Of a stretch of 64,000 nt of DNA, positions 53,687 through 63,044 are shown piece after piece (positions within the stretch are counted from its first letter, which is position 1; each line of letters opens with the position of its first letter). The translations under genes were made by a program, and so were the position numbers. The DNA lies in NCBI GenBank assembly GCA_965205605.1, contig CBDBHE010000007.1, positions 480,001 through 544,000 of the forward strand. The letters are read 5' to 3'. The notes below the pieces were generated by a model. The model saw only the letters and a list, made by a program, of their open reading frames with translations. It was not told where the DNA came from and did not search any database. Source of the stretch: Spirochaetota bacterium. GTDB lineage: Bacteria; Spirochaetota; UBA12135; COTS27; CBDBHE01.

Positions 53687-53701
53687 AAGGAAAAAAATAT
53701 T

Positions 53702-53911
53702 ATGTTTCAAATTGCTCAAAATTTAATTGAAATCTTTTTTAGAATTCTTTTAGCCATTACTTTTTCTTGGGTTTTATTTAAGTCTTCTTTAATTTTATTT
53801 AATTTTTCTATTGAAAAAGAGCTTAAAAGAGAAAATAAAGCCATTGCTTTATTTTGGGTAGGGTTTTTAATTTTAATAGGCCTTATTGTTTCTTTATTTA
53901 AAGGAATTTAA
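53702..53911 (+). CDS. Small DUF350-like membrane protein
   Basis: Two TM segments with an IEKELKRENKAIAL..G..I.IGLIV pattern; SD-like AAGGA. Confidence 0.55.
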   Translation: MFQIAQNLIEIFFRILLAITFSWVLFKSSLILFNFSIEKELKRENKAIALFWVGFLILIGLIVSLFKGI

Positions 53912-54394
53912 GATTTATTAGATTTTTTTTATAACTTTTTTTAAAGAAGTATTTCTTATGAAATTTGTTTATGAAAAAGGTCGTAAACACTCAGGTAGCT
54001 TTTTTTAAAAGAAGAGCAATGTTTTATTAAATTTGATCATAATCAAATTGATTTTTTTTTCACCAACTCATTTTGCTATAGGTCTTTTAGAATTTATTTT
54101 AAAACATTATGATAAAATCCTCTATGGGTGTCTTTTTTCTTTTTATATTGAAAATTTTTCTAAGTTATTCTCTGTTAAAAATAAAAATTTGATTAGTCTT
54201 TTTAAAAAAAGGATTCAAAAAAATTCTATTGGTCATCATTTGAAAGCTATAAAAAATTATTTATTTTTGTAAGGAAATCAATTTTTTTATATCAAAAGAA
54301 AAAAATGGAATGTGTAAAGCCTCTGGTAGAAAGGTATCAAGGTATTTTTGATCATTATCTTAATTTTACTTAATTTTCAAAAAAATAAAAAATA

Positions 54395-54424
54395 AAAGAT
54401 GAAAGATGAAAGATGAAAAAGATG
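54395..54424 (+). repeat. Short tandem repeat (AAAGATG)x3 plus one 9-bp variant at the rnhB start
   Basis: Read directly. Confidence 0.85.
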
Positions 54425-55048
54425 AATAAGTGGTTTTATGAAAATACTTTAAGGTGTGATTACGCCATGGTAGCAGGAGGCGATGAAGTAGGGCGAGGGT
54501 GTTTGGCAGGGCCTGTTGTTGCCGCTATTGTTTGTCTTGATCCTAATAAAATAAATCTTGAAATTGATGATTCTAAAAAACTTTCAGAAAAATTAAGAAA
54601 CCAACTGTCTCTTTGGATCCAACAAAATGCTTTTGATTATGGAATCGGTCTTGCAAGTCCTAAAGAAGTGGATCGTTATAATATTTTTCAAGCTACAAAG
54701 CTTGCTTTTTTAAGAGCGTATCAAAAAATTTCTTTAAAAATTGATTTTTTACTTTTAGATGCTCTTTTTGTTTCTAAAATACCTGTTAGACAAAAAGCTT
54801 TGATTAAAGGAGACCAAAAATCTTTTTCTATTGCAGCAGCTTCTATTTTGGCAAAAGTTTATCGAGATAACTTGATGAAAGGTTATCATAAAAAATATCC
54901 CTTTTATGACTTTGATCAACATAAAGGATATGGAGTCCCTTCACACCTTAAAAAGATTGAACATAAAGGACCTTGTTTACTTCATCGTAAATCTTTTGCT
55001 CCTATAAAAAAAATTGATGTTTTTAAGAAAAAATATTTAATTGAGTAA
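54413..55048 (+). CDS. rnhB: Ribonuclease HII
   Basis: GGDEVGRGCLAGPV, DDSKKL, IKGD, IAAASILAKV.RD and HKGYG motifs. Confidence 0.97.
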   Translation: MKKMNKWFYENTLRCDYAMVAGGDEVGRGCLAGPVVAAIVCLDPNKINLEIDDSKKLSEKLRNQLSLWIQQNAFDYGIGLASPKEVDRYNIFQATKLAFLRAYQKISLKIDFLLLDALFVSKIPVRQKALIKGDQKSFSIAAASILAKVYRDNLMKGYHKKYPFYDFDQHKGYGVPSHLKKIEHKGPCLLHRKSFAPIKKIDVFKKKYLIE

Positions 55049-55055
55049 ATTTTCT

Positions 55056-55165
55056 TAAATTATTACCATTTTTTTCCGAAAGTAACTTTATGTCATAAAA
55101 GAAACTAATTCAAGGACGAATGAATTTTTCTAGAAATAATTCTAGAATCGATTACAAGGAGGTAA
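55056..55165 (+). promoter_or_regulatory. Putative sigma28 promoter and leader with CsrA-type GGA sites
   Basis: TAAA-N15-TCCGAAAG; CAAGGACG and ACAAGGAGGT separated by a TTCTAGAA-containing hairpin. Confidence 0.5.
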
Positions 55166-55171
55166 TTAATA

Positions 55172-55303
55172 ATGGATTTCTTTTTCCATAAAACTTTTTT
55201 TTTAAAAAAGCTTCATCATTTATTTTACTTCACTATATTTTTAATTAGTTATTTCTTTTATAATTTTATTAGTATCGAAAGAGGATTTTTATTATGGAAA
55301 TAA
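55172..55303 (+). CDS. Putative 43-aa hydrophobic upstream ORF
   Basis: AAGGAGGT SD 8 nt before ATG; open to TAA 55303, overlapping the next start codon. Confidence 0.3.
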   Translation: MDFFFHKTFFLKKLHHLFYFTIFLISYFFYNFISIERGFLLWK

Positions 55304-56448
55304 AAGTAGCTGATATTGATTTAAATCAAACCTTTGATCAATATCTTTCTTTTGAAAAAGATTTTTTTATTCTTCCCCCTAAAGTAGCAGTAAGTTCAGA
55401 ATTGCTAAATCTTTTTAAAAAATGGAACATCAAAGGATGTTCTTTAGTAGAGCTTCGAAGTGTTATTGAAGTCAAGAAAAGAGTTTCAACTACTAATTTT
55501 TTTATAAGTTATGAAGAAAAAAAAAAAGTGTATGAAAAAGTTTTTTCTCATTTTGAAAAAATTCTTAGAGTTTTTTATGGAGATATGCTTGGACGAGGCG
55601 TGGGGCATATAAAACAAATCAGGGAAGAAAGTGACAATGTTATTTCTTTACTTTTAACGGATCCAGATATTTTTAAATTTAATGTGATGCTGTATCTTAG
55701 TAGAATTAAGAATAATTATAACTTTACAAAAACTTCTTTTGCGATGTCTTTACTGACGATTATTGTTGGGTATGGGTTAAAACTTGATAAATCAAAATTA
55801 AAGATTTTGTTTGAATGTGCGTTGTTTTCTGATGTTGGAATGTTGAAAGTGCCCCTTAAAATTATGTTAAAAAAGGAGCCACTCACACCAAAAGAAAAAG
55901 AAATCGTTGAAAACCATTGTGTGGATAGTTATAAACTCATTTCACAAAATATGAAATTACCTAAGTTTTACTCTATAGTGGCTCTTTGTCATCATGAACA
56001 TATTGATGGAACAGGGTTTCCTAGAAGAATGAAAGGGGAGCAGATTCCTATTTTTTCTAAAATTATTTGTATTATTCAAGAATTTGTGGCTCTTTTTTTA
56101 GGGCAATTAAAAAAGAAAGATGCTTCTTTTAATCAGTCTATTAAGATATTAGTGGCTTTATCAGAAAAAAGATTTGAAAAAAGTTTGGTTAATTATTTTA
56201 TTTCTCTTTTTTCATTTTATCCTTTGACTTCTTTAGTTAAATTGAGCTCAGGGGAAGTTGCGATTGTTGTAAAAGCTAATTTAGATGATCTTTTTTTTCC
56301 TTTAGTGAAACTTGTCCGAAATGTTAAAGGAGATTTTTTAAAAAAAAAAGAATCTTTTTCTGTTGATTTAAAGAAAATGAACTTAACCATTACAGATGAA
56401 TTTATTGATGAAAAATTTAATAAAAGAGTTTTGGATGTCCTTTTCTAA
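55294..56448 (+). CDS. HD-GYP domain protein (degenerate active site)
   Basis: ALFSDVGM (HD to SD), HHEHIDGTGFP (GYP to GFP) and YPL.SLV.LSSGE C-terminal region. Confidence 0.85.
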   Translation: MEIKVADIDLNQTFDQYLSFEKDFFILPPKVAVSSELLNLFKKWNIKGCSLVELRSVIEVKKRVSTTNFFISYEEKKKVYEKVFSHFEKILRVFYGDMLGRGVGHIKQIREESDNVISLLLTDPDIFKFNVMLYLSRIKNNYNFTKTSFAMSLLTIIVGYGLKLDKSKLKILFECALFSDVGMLKVPLKIMLKKEPLTPKEKEIVENHCVDSYKLISQNMKLPKFYSIVALCHHEHIDGTGFPRRMKGEQIPIFSKIICIIQEFVALFLGQLKKKDASFNQSIKILVALSEKRFEKSLVNYFISLFSFYPLTSLVKLSSGEVAIVVKANLDDLFFPLVKLVRNVKGDFLKKKESFSVDLKKMNLTITDEFIDEKFNKRVLDVLF

Positions 56449-56791
56449 AGGAAAGCTTTATGAAGAAAAAGTTGCTAAATATCTTAAGTCAAAAGGTTAT
56501 GAAGTTGTTGTTCAAAATTACCGTTTTCAGCATCTTGAAATTGATCTTATTGCTTTTAAGTCAAAAGTGCTTATTTTTTTTGAAGTTAAATTTCGAAAAG
56601 TGCACCAAGATTACAATCCGTACGCAGCAATTGATGAAAAGAAGAAAAAAAATGTGGCTCTTTGTTCGAGTTATTTTCTTGATCAACATGCTAGGTTTCA
56701 AGAATTTTTTTGTCGCTATGATGCTATTTTTATACTGGATCAAAAAGGATCTGAAAAAATTTATCATTTTAAGGATATCTATCGTCTTTAG
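56435..56791 (+). CDS. yraN: YraN family (UPF0102) putative endonuclease
   Basis: G..YEE....YL...GY....NYR...EIDLIA....F.EVKFR and RYD motifs. Confidence 0.9.
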   Translation: MSFSKGKLYEEKVAKYLKSKGYEVVVQNYRFQHLEIDLIAFKSKVLIFFEVKFRKVHQDYNPYAAIDEKKKKNVALCSSYFLDQHARFQEFFCRYDAIFILDQKGSEKIYHFKDIYRL

Positions 56792-56858
56792 CATGTAATA
56801 TAAATGCAGCTAGAAAAACAAACATGGAGGTTTGAGATTATGAAAAAGGAATTCATTT

Positions 56859-56981
56859 ATGAAATCGGCTACTATTATTGATTATAAAAAAATCGATAAT
56901 ATTAAACGTATGATCAATAAAAAAGAGTATATTGATAAGGCAATAAACCAATTGGCCTATGAAATTATGTGGGTCTTTTAA
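56859..56981 (+). CDS. Small 40-aa protein resembling the FlgM C-terminal helix pair
   Basis: MKSATIIDYKKIDNIKRMINKKEYIDKAINQLAYEIMWVF; followed by a strong hairpin. Confidence 0.45.
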   Translation: MKSATIIDYKKIDNIKRMINKKEYIDKAINQLAYEIMWVF

Positions 56982-56993
56982 ATCAAAGTAAAA

Positions 56994-57028
56994 TTGTGTT
57001 GTTAGTAAAAAAAGTACTAACAACACAA
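56994..57028. terminator. Perfect 14-bp stem-loop, probable terminator
   Basis: TTGTGTTGTTAGTA-7 nt-TACTAACAACACAA. Confidence 0.65.
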
Positions 57029-57052
57029 AATTTTTAAACTATCATTTTTTGT

Positions 57053-57433
57053 ATGTTAACTGAAAAAAAAATAAATATTAAAAATATTCTTATTGTTGAT
57101 GATGAAATAGAGATTCGTTTGTATTTTAAAAAAATACTTGAACAACAAGGGTATTGTACTTATATGGTTGAAAATCCTTTAAAATTGATGCCTATTTTAA
57201 AATTAATAAAAATTTCATTAATTCTTTTAGATATTAATTTACCTTGGATTGATGGTAGAGAGATTTGTAAAGCGATTAAAAAAAATAATGCATTTAATAA
57301 GATTAAAATCATTTGTGTTTCTGGGGTTTTTCTTAATAAAAAAATCTGTTTAGAATCAGGTTGTGATGCTTATTTGAAGAAACCTTTTGAAAAGTTTGAG
57401 CTTGTAAAAATTGTTAATTCTGTTTTTAAATAA
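57053..57433 (+). CDS. Single-domain response regulator (CheY-like receiver)
   Basis: ILIVDDE, LLDINLP..DG, SG and KPF motifs. Confidence 0.92.
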   Translation: MLTEKKINIKNILIVDDEIEIRLYFKKILEQQGYCTYMVENPLKLMPILKLIKISLILLDINLPWIDGREICKAIKKNNAFNKIKIICVSGVFLNKKICLESGCDAYLKKPFEKFELVKIVNSVFK

Positions 57434-57436
57434 TTT

Positions 57437-58147
57437 TTAAAAACAGGCTTCTAAAATTCTTTTATCTTTAGAATAAGTGATCTTTGGATTAGGATAAACA
57501 AGAGAGATGGTTGTAATGGGCTTTTTTGAAAAAGCATAAATTTCAGCATCATCAGTTGGAAGATGATTGATTTTGTTTTGTTTGAAAAAAGTTTCATAAG
57601 CTTGTTTTAAAGAGTTTAGAGGAAAACATTGAGGGGTAGAGGTTGCTTTAAATTGATGGCGTTTAGGGTGAGAGGCAATAAAACCTAAGGAATTGACTTG
57701 TTTTATGGTATCGTTTAAATCTTCTGTGGGAATAGTTGCTATTTTTTTTTGATAAGCTTGTCTTAAGATATTTTTAATGTCTTTTAAATGAATCAGTGGT
57801 CTTGCTCCATCATGGATTAAAACATAGTTTGTTTTTTTATTAACATGTTGTAGTGCATTATAAACAGAAAGATAGCGTTCTTTGCCGCCTTGTACAAGTT
57901 GAATACAATCTAGCTTTTTTTTAAAAGCAGCTTCTTTTTTTAATTGGGCAGAAACTAAAGATTCTTTTTTAGCAGGGAGGGTGATCACAATTTCTTTGAT
58001 GATGCTTACTTGTGAAAATGTTTTTAAAGCATACCAATATAAAGGTTTTTTTTTAAAAAGAATGAACTGTTTTTCTACTTTAGATCCAAAACGTTTCCCT
58101 TTTCCAGCACAAAGAAAAATAAGAGAAACGCTTTTGTTTTGAATCAA
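57437..58147 (-). CDS. ispD: 2-C-methyl-D-erythritol 4-phosphate cytidylyltransferase
   Basis: AGKGKRFG...KQF, GGKER..SV, HDGARP, TPQ.F, TDDA and N.KIT motifs. Confidence 0.94.
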   Translation of the reverse strand: MIQNKSVSLIFLCAGKGKRFGSKVEKQFILFKKKPLYWYALKTFSQVSIIKEIVITLPAKKESLVSAQLKKEAAFKKKLDCIQLVQGGKERYLSVYNALQHVNKKTNYVLIHDGARPLIHLKDIKNILRQAYQKKIATIPTEDLNDTIKQVNSLGFIASHPKRHQFKATSTPQCFPLNSLKQAYETFFKQNKINHLPTDDAEIYAFSKKPITTISLVYPNPKITYSKDKRILEACF

Positions 58148-58161
58148 TTAATTTTAATTAG

Positions 58162-59145
58162 TTAAGAATGATTATTACTATTACTTCCAGAAAGGAGTTT
58201 ACAAAAAGCGATTCTTCCAGAATCATTTTGAATATAAGAAGTCACCAAAACCATTTTAGAAGATCCGATATGTTTTTCTCCATCTTCAATAACAACCATT
58301 GTATCATTTTCCAAGTAACCGATACCTTGTTTTTTATTATTCCCTTTTTTTGAGATAGCGACTTTAACTTTATCACCGATAGCAAGAGTTGGTTTTAAAA
58401 AGAAGGCAAGTTGGTTAATGTTAAGGACTTCGACACCTTCTACTTCGGCAACTTTGACGAGGTTGTAGTCAGTGGTGATAATTTTGGCTTTTTTATCTTT
58501 TGCCATTTGCAGAAGTTTATTATCAACTCCTTTAATTTTAGGATAATCTTCTTTGGTGATTTGAATTGAAACGGTATCAGAATTTTTCATGATTTTTAGA
58601 AAATCAAGCCCTTTTCTTCCCTTGAGCCTTTTTTCATGAATGGTACTATCAGAAATTAATTGCATCTCCCTAATAACAAATTCAGGAATCACAATCGATT
58701 TTGGCATAAAACCACTTTTACTAATATCGAGAATTCTCCCATCAATAATAGCACAAGTATCAACTAAAGCAAGTTGTAAAGGATTTTCTGATTTTGGAAT
58801 TTTTTTTCTAAAATAAAGACTAGAAACTCCTATTTGAAAAGCACTGTAAGTTGCAAATAAAAGCATGTGGGTTAGACAAAAAGAAGATAAAGAAGATTTT
58901 TTAAGAGGAAGGTAAACTTCTAAAGATAAAATGCTTTTGAAAAAAAAAATAATTGAAAAAAAAAGAACAATTAAAATAGTGGTTGTTAAAATTTTATAAA
59001 ACTCTACTTTTCGGATTAAATAATATTCAACAAAAAGCAAAGCTCCAACAGAAATAATAAAAGAAGTTAATTTTAAAATTAAATTAATCTCTTCAAAGGT
59101 AAAAATAGTAAATGCAAAAATAGTAATAAAAAGAAATTTAAACAT
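58162..59145 (-). CDS. PIN/TRAM domain membrane protein (YacL-like)
   Basis: TM segments; DTCAIIDGRI, GRKGLD.L, TTDYNL and QGIGYLENDTMVVIE motifs; between carD and ispD. Confidence 0.9.
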   Translation of the reverse strand: MFKFLFITIFAFTIFTFEEINLILKLTSFIISVGALLFVEYYLIRKVEFYKILTTTILIVLFFSIIFFFKSILSLEVYLPLKKSSLSSFCLTHMLLFATYSAFQIGVSSLYFRKKIPKSENPLQLALVDTCAIIDGRILDISKSGFMPKSIVIPEFVIREMQLISDSTIHEKRLKGRKGLDFLKIMKNSDTVSIQITKEDYPKIKGVDNKLLQMAKDKKAKIITTDYNLVKVAEVEGVEVLNINQLAFFLKPTLAIGDKVKVAISKKGNNKKQGIGYLENDTMVVIEDGEKHIGSSKMVLVTSYIQNDSGRIAFCKLLSGSNSNNHS

Positions 59146-59228
59146 GATGATTTTTAAAACGATTTGAAAAAAAAAAATTATGCTCTAAGATCTTTAAAAA
59201 AAAGTTTAGAAACAATGGATAGACAACT

Positions 59229-59777
59229 TTAATTAGCCGATCCAACTAAACTATCGAGCTTATCAGAGATAATAGAATTAATTTCTTCTTCGTTTGTTTC
59301 TCCAGAAATTGATAATTCTTTAATGAGCATCCGATAAGCATTTTCAAATTGTTTTCTTTCCATTACAGATAAGGATTTGGTTTTATTTCTAACAAAAAGC
59401 TCTTTAACAACATCAACGATGTTTTTAATTTCTCCTGTTTTAAGCTTGCTAATATTTTCTTGAAATCGTAGCTTCCAATTTTCTTCAATGTTATTAGGAT
59501 ATTCACTTAGGGTTTTGATGATGTTTTTAATATCTTCTTTTTTGATAATATGCCTAAGTCCCATAGAAGTTGCATTTTCAGTTGGAATAGAAATAATCAT
59601 TCCAGAGTCTTTTAGTTTAATACGGTAAAATTTTTTTTGCTCGCCCTTAAGAGCTCTTTTATTTATTTCTTCAATAAGACCTACCCCATGTAATGGATAA
59701 ACAACATGTTCATTAATTTTAAAATGATTAACATTTGCCATTAAAAACATCTTATCATTTTTTATAAAAATAGACAA
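59229..59777 (-). CDS. carD: CarD family transcriptional regulator
   Basis: VVYPLHGVG.I, GLR, NWKLR and LS..ER motifs. Confidence 0.92.
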   Translation of the reverse strand: MSIFIKNDKMFLMANVNHFKINEHVVYPLHGVGLIEEINKRALKGEQKKFYRIKLKDSGMIISIPTENATSMGLRHIIKKEDIKNIIKTLSEYPNNIEENWKLRFQENISKLKTGEIKNIVDVVKELFVRNKTKSLSVMERKQFENAYRMLIKELSISGETNEEEINSIISDKLDSLVGSAN

Positions 59778-59854
59778 GGATTATATGAAGAGAAGCCTCA
59801 ATCAACTATTTGAATCAGTGTATAATCAATCTTTATTAAGGAGTTTTTGTTATA

Positions 59855-60880
59855 ATGAATTTATTTCAAGCAACATTTGTTAAAAAAATTTTAATTTTAA
59901 TTTTTTTGTTTCATGTTTTTTTGTTTCAAAAAATATATGCAAAAGAAAAAAAAGTCATTTTAAAACTAGCTACTTTAGCCCCTATTTCTTCTATTTGGGG
60001 GGTTTTAATAAAAGATATTCGAAAAGACGTTTACCTTAAAACTCAAAAAACAGATCAAAAAGTCATTTTAAAAGCTTATTATGGAGGAGTGCAAGGAGAT
60101 GAAGTTGAAATGGGGAAAAAAATTCTTTATGGCCAGTTAGACGGAGGATTTTTTACTGGTAATGGACTAGGTGCTATTTGTAAAGAAGCACGTATTTTAG
60201 ATTTACCTTTAAATTTTAAGTCTTTTAAAGAAGCCAAATATGTGTATAAAGGCATTCAAGCAGATATTAATGCTTATTTTAAGAAAAAAGGATTTTTTTT
60301 ATTAGGGATTGCTCCGATGGGTTATGCTTATTTTTTTTCTAAGAAAAACATTCAAACTTTTGAAGATATTCGTCGTTCTAAAATGTGGATTTGGAAAGGA
60401 GACAAGCTTGTTTATGAAGCGATGAAGATTATGAAGATTCCTTCTGTTAGTGTGGGGTTTAATGAAGTGAAAATTGCTCTTCAAACAGGGTTGATTAATG
60501 GGGTGTATGCGACCCCTACAGCTTTAATTTCTCTTCAGTGGTATCAAGAAATCAGCTACATGCTGGATCAACCTTTAGCCATTGTTTCTAGTGGGGTTGT
60601 TTTTGATCTTAAGTCTTGGAAAAAACTTTCGAGTAAAAATCAAAATTTTTTATCTAGCATTATCGCTAAGCGACTTGAAGAAATGGCCTATAAAAGTTTA
60701 AAAAGTGATGAGATTTCTTTAAAAGAACTCAAAAAAAAAGGGATGAAAATTAATCCTTCTAAACAACCCAAACAAACAGTGATTGATTTTACTTTAAAAC
60801 TAAAGGAAAACCTTAAAGGAAAGATTTTTTCTAAAGAGCTTTTGTTTAAAGTCAATCAATTGCTCAAAGAATTTCGATAG
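59855..60880 (+). CDS. dctP: TRAP transporter substrate-binding protein (TPAT-like clade)
   Basis: LKLATLAP..S.W, YYGGVQGDE and ALQTGLI motifs. Confidence 0.88.
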   Translation: MNLFQATFVKKILILIFLFHVFLFQKIYAKEKKVILKLATLAPISSIWGVLIKDIRKDVYLKTQKTDQKVILKAYYGGVQGDEVEMGKKILYGQLDGGFFTGNGLGAICKEARILDLPLNFKSFKEAKYVYKGIQADINAYFKKKGFFLLGIAPMGYAYFFSKKNIQTFEDIRRSKMWIWKGDKLVYEAMKIMKIPSVSVGFNEVKIALQTGLINGVYATPTALISLQWYQEISYMLDQPLAIVSSGVVFDLKSWKKLSSKNQNFLSSIIAKRLEEMAYKSLKSDEISLKELKKKGMKINPSKQPKQTVIDFTLKLKENLKGKIFSKELLFKVNQLLKEFR

Positions 60881-60905
60881 ATTTTTTTTTATTTGTCTTA
60901 AACAA

Positions 60906-61364
60906 ATGAATTTTTTAGATCGTTTTTTAACTAAAACCCTTGAAACCATTTTAGTTGTTTTGTTTTCTTTTTCGCTTGTGCTTTACTTGTTTCAAATTAG
61001 TATGCGTTATCTTTTTCAAATCTCTTTTCTTTGGATTAGTCCACTGATTCAATATTTTTTTATTGTGATGGCTTTTTATGGAGGTGCTTTGGCCGTTAAA
61101 AGTGGAGAAAATATTAAAATTGATCTTTTAAAATCTTTTATCAAAAAAAAATGGGTTTGTATCATCATTAATGGATTTTCTGCTTTGATTACTTTTTTAA
61201 TTATATTGACTTTTTTTCAACATACCATTAGGAGCTATCTTTTAAAAATTACTTCTGAGATTGATATTCCTCTTTGGGTGATGGATTTGCCTTTAATTTT
61301 TTTATTTTGTTGCTCTTTTTTTTATTATTTTCAAAATCTTAAAATACTTTTGAGCCAAAAATGA
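60906..61364 (+). CDS. dctQ: TRAP transporter small permease
   Basis: Four TM segments; QI.MRY and GGALA....NIKID motifs. Confidence 0.88.
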   Translation: MNFLDRFLTKTLETILVVLFSFSLVLYLFQISMRYLFQISFLWISPLIQYFFIVMAFYGGALAVKSGENIKIDLLKSFIKKKWVCIIINGFSALITFLIILTFFQHTIRSYLLKITSEIDIPLWVMDLPLIFLFCCSFFYYFQNLKILLSQK

Positions 61365-63028
61365 CTTTAATCGTGGTTTTAGTCGCTTCTATTTTGCTTC
61401 TTTTAATGGGACTACCACTTTATATTCTTCTGTTTGCTTTGTCTTTTTATTTTTTTCATATTTTAGAAATTCCTTTTGTTAATATGGTGATCCAATTTGA
61501 AAAACTAGCAACACTTGAGTTTGTAACAGCAGTGCCTCTATTTGCTTTTTCGGGCTATGTTTTAGCGCGTTCTAAAAGCCCAGATCGTATTTTATTTTTT
61601 TTTAATAAAACCATTAGTTTTATTAAAGGCTCAGAATCTGTTTTTGTGATTATGCTTTTGGTGTCTTTTACAGCTTTAACAGGTACTAGTGGGATTGGGA
61701 TTTTAGCTTTGGGGGGACTTTTGATGCCTATTTTAAGAAAAAGTTACTTTAATGAATCTTTTTCTTTAGGGTTAATTACCTCTTCAGGTAGTTTGGGACT
61801 TTTATTTGTGCCTTCTCTTCCAGTGATTATTTATGCTATTGTTTCGAGTCAAAATATGACCAGTGGTTTTATTGATATTAATTTACTTTTTAAAGTAGCT
61901 ATTTTACCTCTTTTTATTTTGATTTTTGTTTTTAGTGTTTATAGTTTTTATAAAATTAATAAAATTAAAACCAAAAAAAATGACCATTCGTTTTCTTTAA
62001 AAAATATTTGGCAAGGCATTAAAGTAGCAAAATACGAGTTATTTCTTCCTATCGTGATTTATGGGGGGATTTATTCAGGATTTTTTAGCGTCATGGAGAC
62101 AAGTGCCATCGTTGCTTTTTATGTTTTTAGTATTGTTTTTGTATTACATAAAGATCTTGGATTAAAACAAAACTTTATAAAAGTATGTGTTGAGTCTGCT
62201 AAACTTTCAGGAGCAATTTTTATGGTGATTCTCGGTTCGATGGTTTTAAAAGAATATTTTGTTGAAGAAATGATATCAGATAAAATTTTTAACTTTATTT
62301 CACCTTATTTAAAAAACAAAATTTCATTTCTTCTTTTTGTTAATTTTTTTCTCCTTATTACCGGATGTTTTTTAGATATTTTTTCAGCGATTTTAATTAT
62401 TTTACCTATTTTACTTCCGATTGTAGAGAAGTATCAAATTGATCCGTATCATTTTGCCATTATTTTCTTGGTGAATTTAGAAATTGGTTATTTGACCCCT
62501 CCTATAGGAATGAACCTTTTTATTGCTAGTTATCGATTTAAAAAATCTATTTTTAGTTTGTATAAAGCTTCTTTTCCTTTTTTAATTTTAATGTTAATGG
62601 TGTTAATGCTTTTGACGTATTATCCTTGGTTTTCTACGTTTTTAGTTTCAAAGGAAGTGAATGAAGTTGAAAAGAGCTTAAATTTTGATCAAGAACCACC
62701 TGCTAAAATAAAATCTTTTAAAGTCGTTGCAGTTGATCGTGAATCGGTAACCTTTTCTTTTAAATCGGTGGGGGATGATGGGAAAAAAGGGGTGGCTGCG
62801 GGATATCAGTTGCGTTATAGCGATCTTAAAATTGATTCTTTAGAATTTTTTGAGTATGGAGCAGAGGAAGTAGAGGCTTTAATGACCCCTAAACAATCTG
62901 GCATGACGGAGATATTTCGTCTTGAAGGCTTACGTTCTAAAACGACTTATTTTGTAGCGATTCGAGCTATTGATGAAGCTGGAAATCAAGGATTACTTTC
63001 TTCTATTATTGAGGTCAGCACAAAATAA
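61361..63028 (+). CDS. dctM: TRAP transporter large permease with a fused C-terminal fibronectin type III domain
   Basis: AVPLF, TGTSG, SGSLGLLFVPS and EIGYLTPPIGMNLF; then an FN3 domain GDDG..G.A..Y.LRYS..GL..KTTYFVAIRAIDEAGN. Confidence 0.9.
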   Translation: MTLIVVLVASILLLLMGLPLYILLFALSFYFFHILEIPFVNMVIQFEKLATLEFVTAVPLFAFSGYVLARSKSPDRILFFFNKTISFIKGSESVFVIMLLVSFTALTGTSGIGILALGGLLMPILRKSYFNESFSLGLITSSGSLGLLFVPSLPVIIYAIVSSQNMTSGFIDINLLFKVAILPLFILIFVFSVYSFYKINKIKTKKNDHSFSLKNIWQGIKVAKYELFLPIVIYGGIYSGFFSVMETSAIVAFYVFSIVFVLHKDLGLKQNFIKVCVESAKLSGAIFMVILGSMVLKEYFVEEMISDKIFNFISPYLKNKISFLLFVNFFLLITGCFLDIFSAILIILPILLPIVEKYQIDPYHFAIIFLVNLEIGYLTPPIGMNLFIASYRFKKSIFSLYKASFPFLILMLMVLMLLTYYPWFSTFLVSKEVNEVEKSLNFDQEPPAKIKSFKVVAVDRESVTFSFKSVGDDGKKGVAAGYQLRYSDLKIDSLEFFEYGAEEVEALMTPKQSGMTEIFRLEGLRSKTTYFVAIRAIDEAGNQGLLSSIIEVSTK

Positions 63029-63044
63029 TTTTGTTAATATTTCT

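Noticed and set aside
57437-59777. PIN-domain gene as a toxin-antitoxin or defence system
   Set aside because: carD-PIN/TRAM-ispD is a known conserved housekeeping arrangement, and no antitoxin is present
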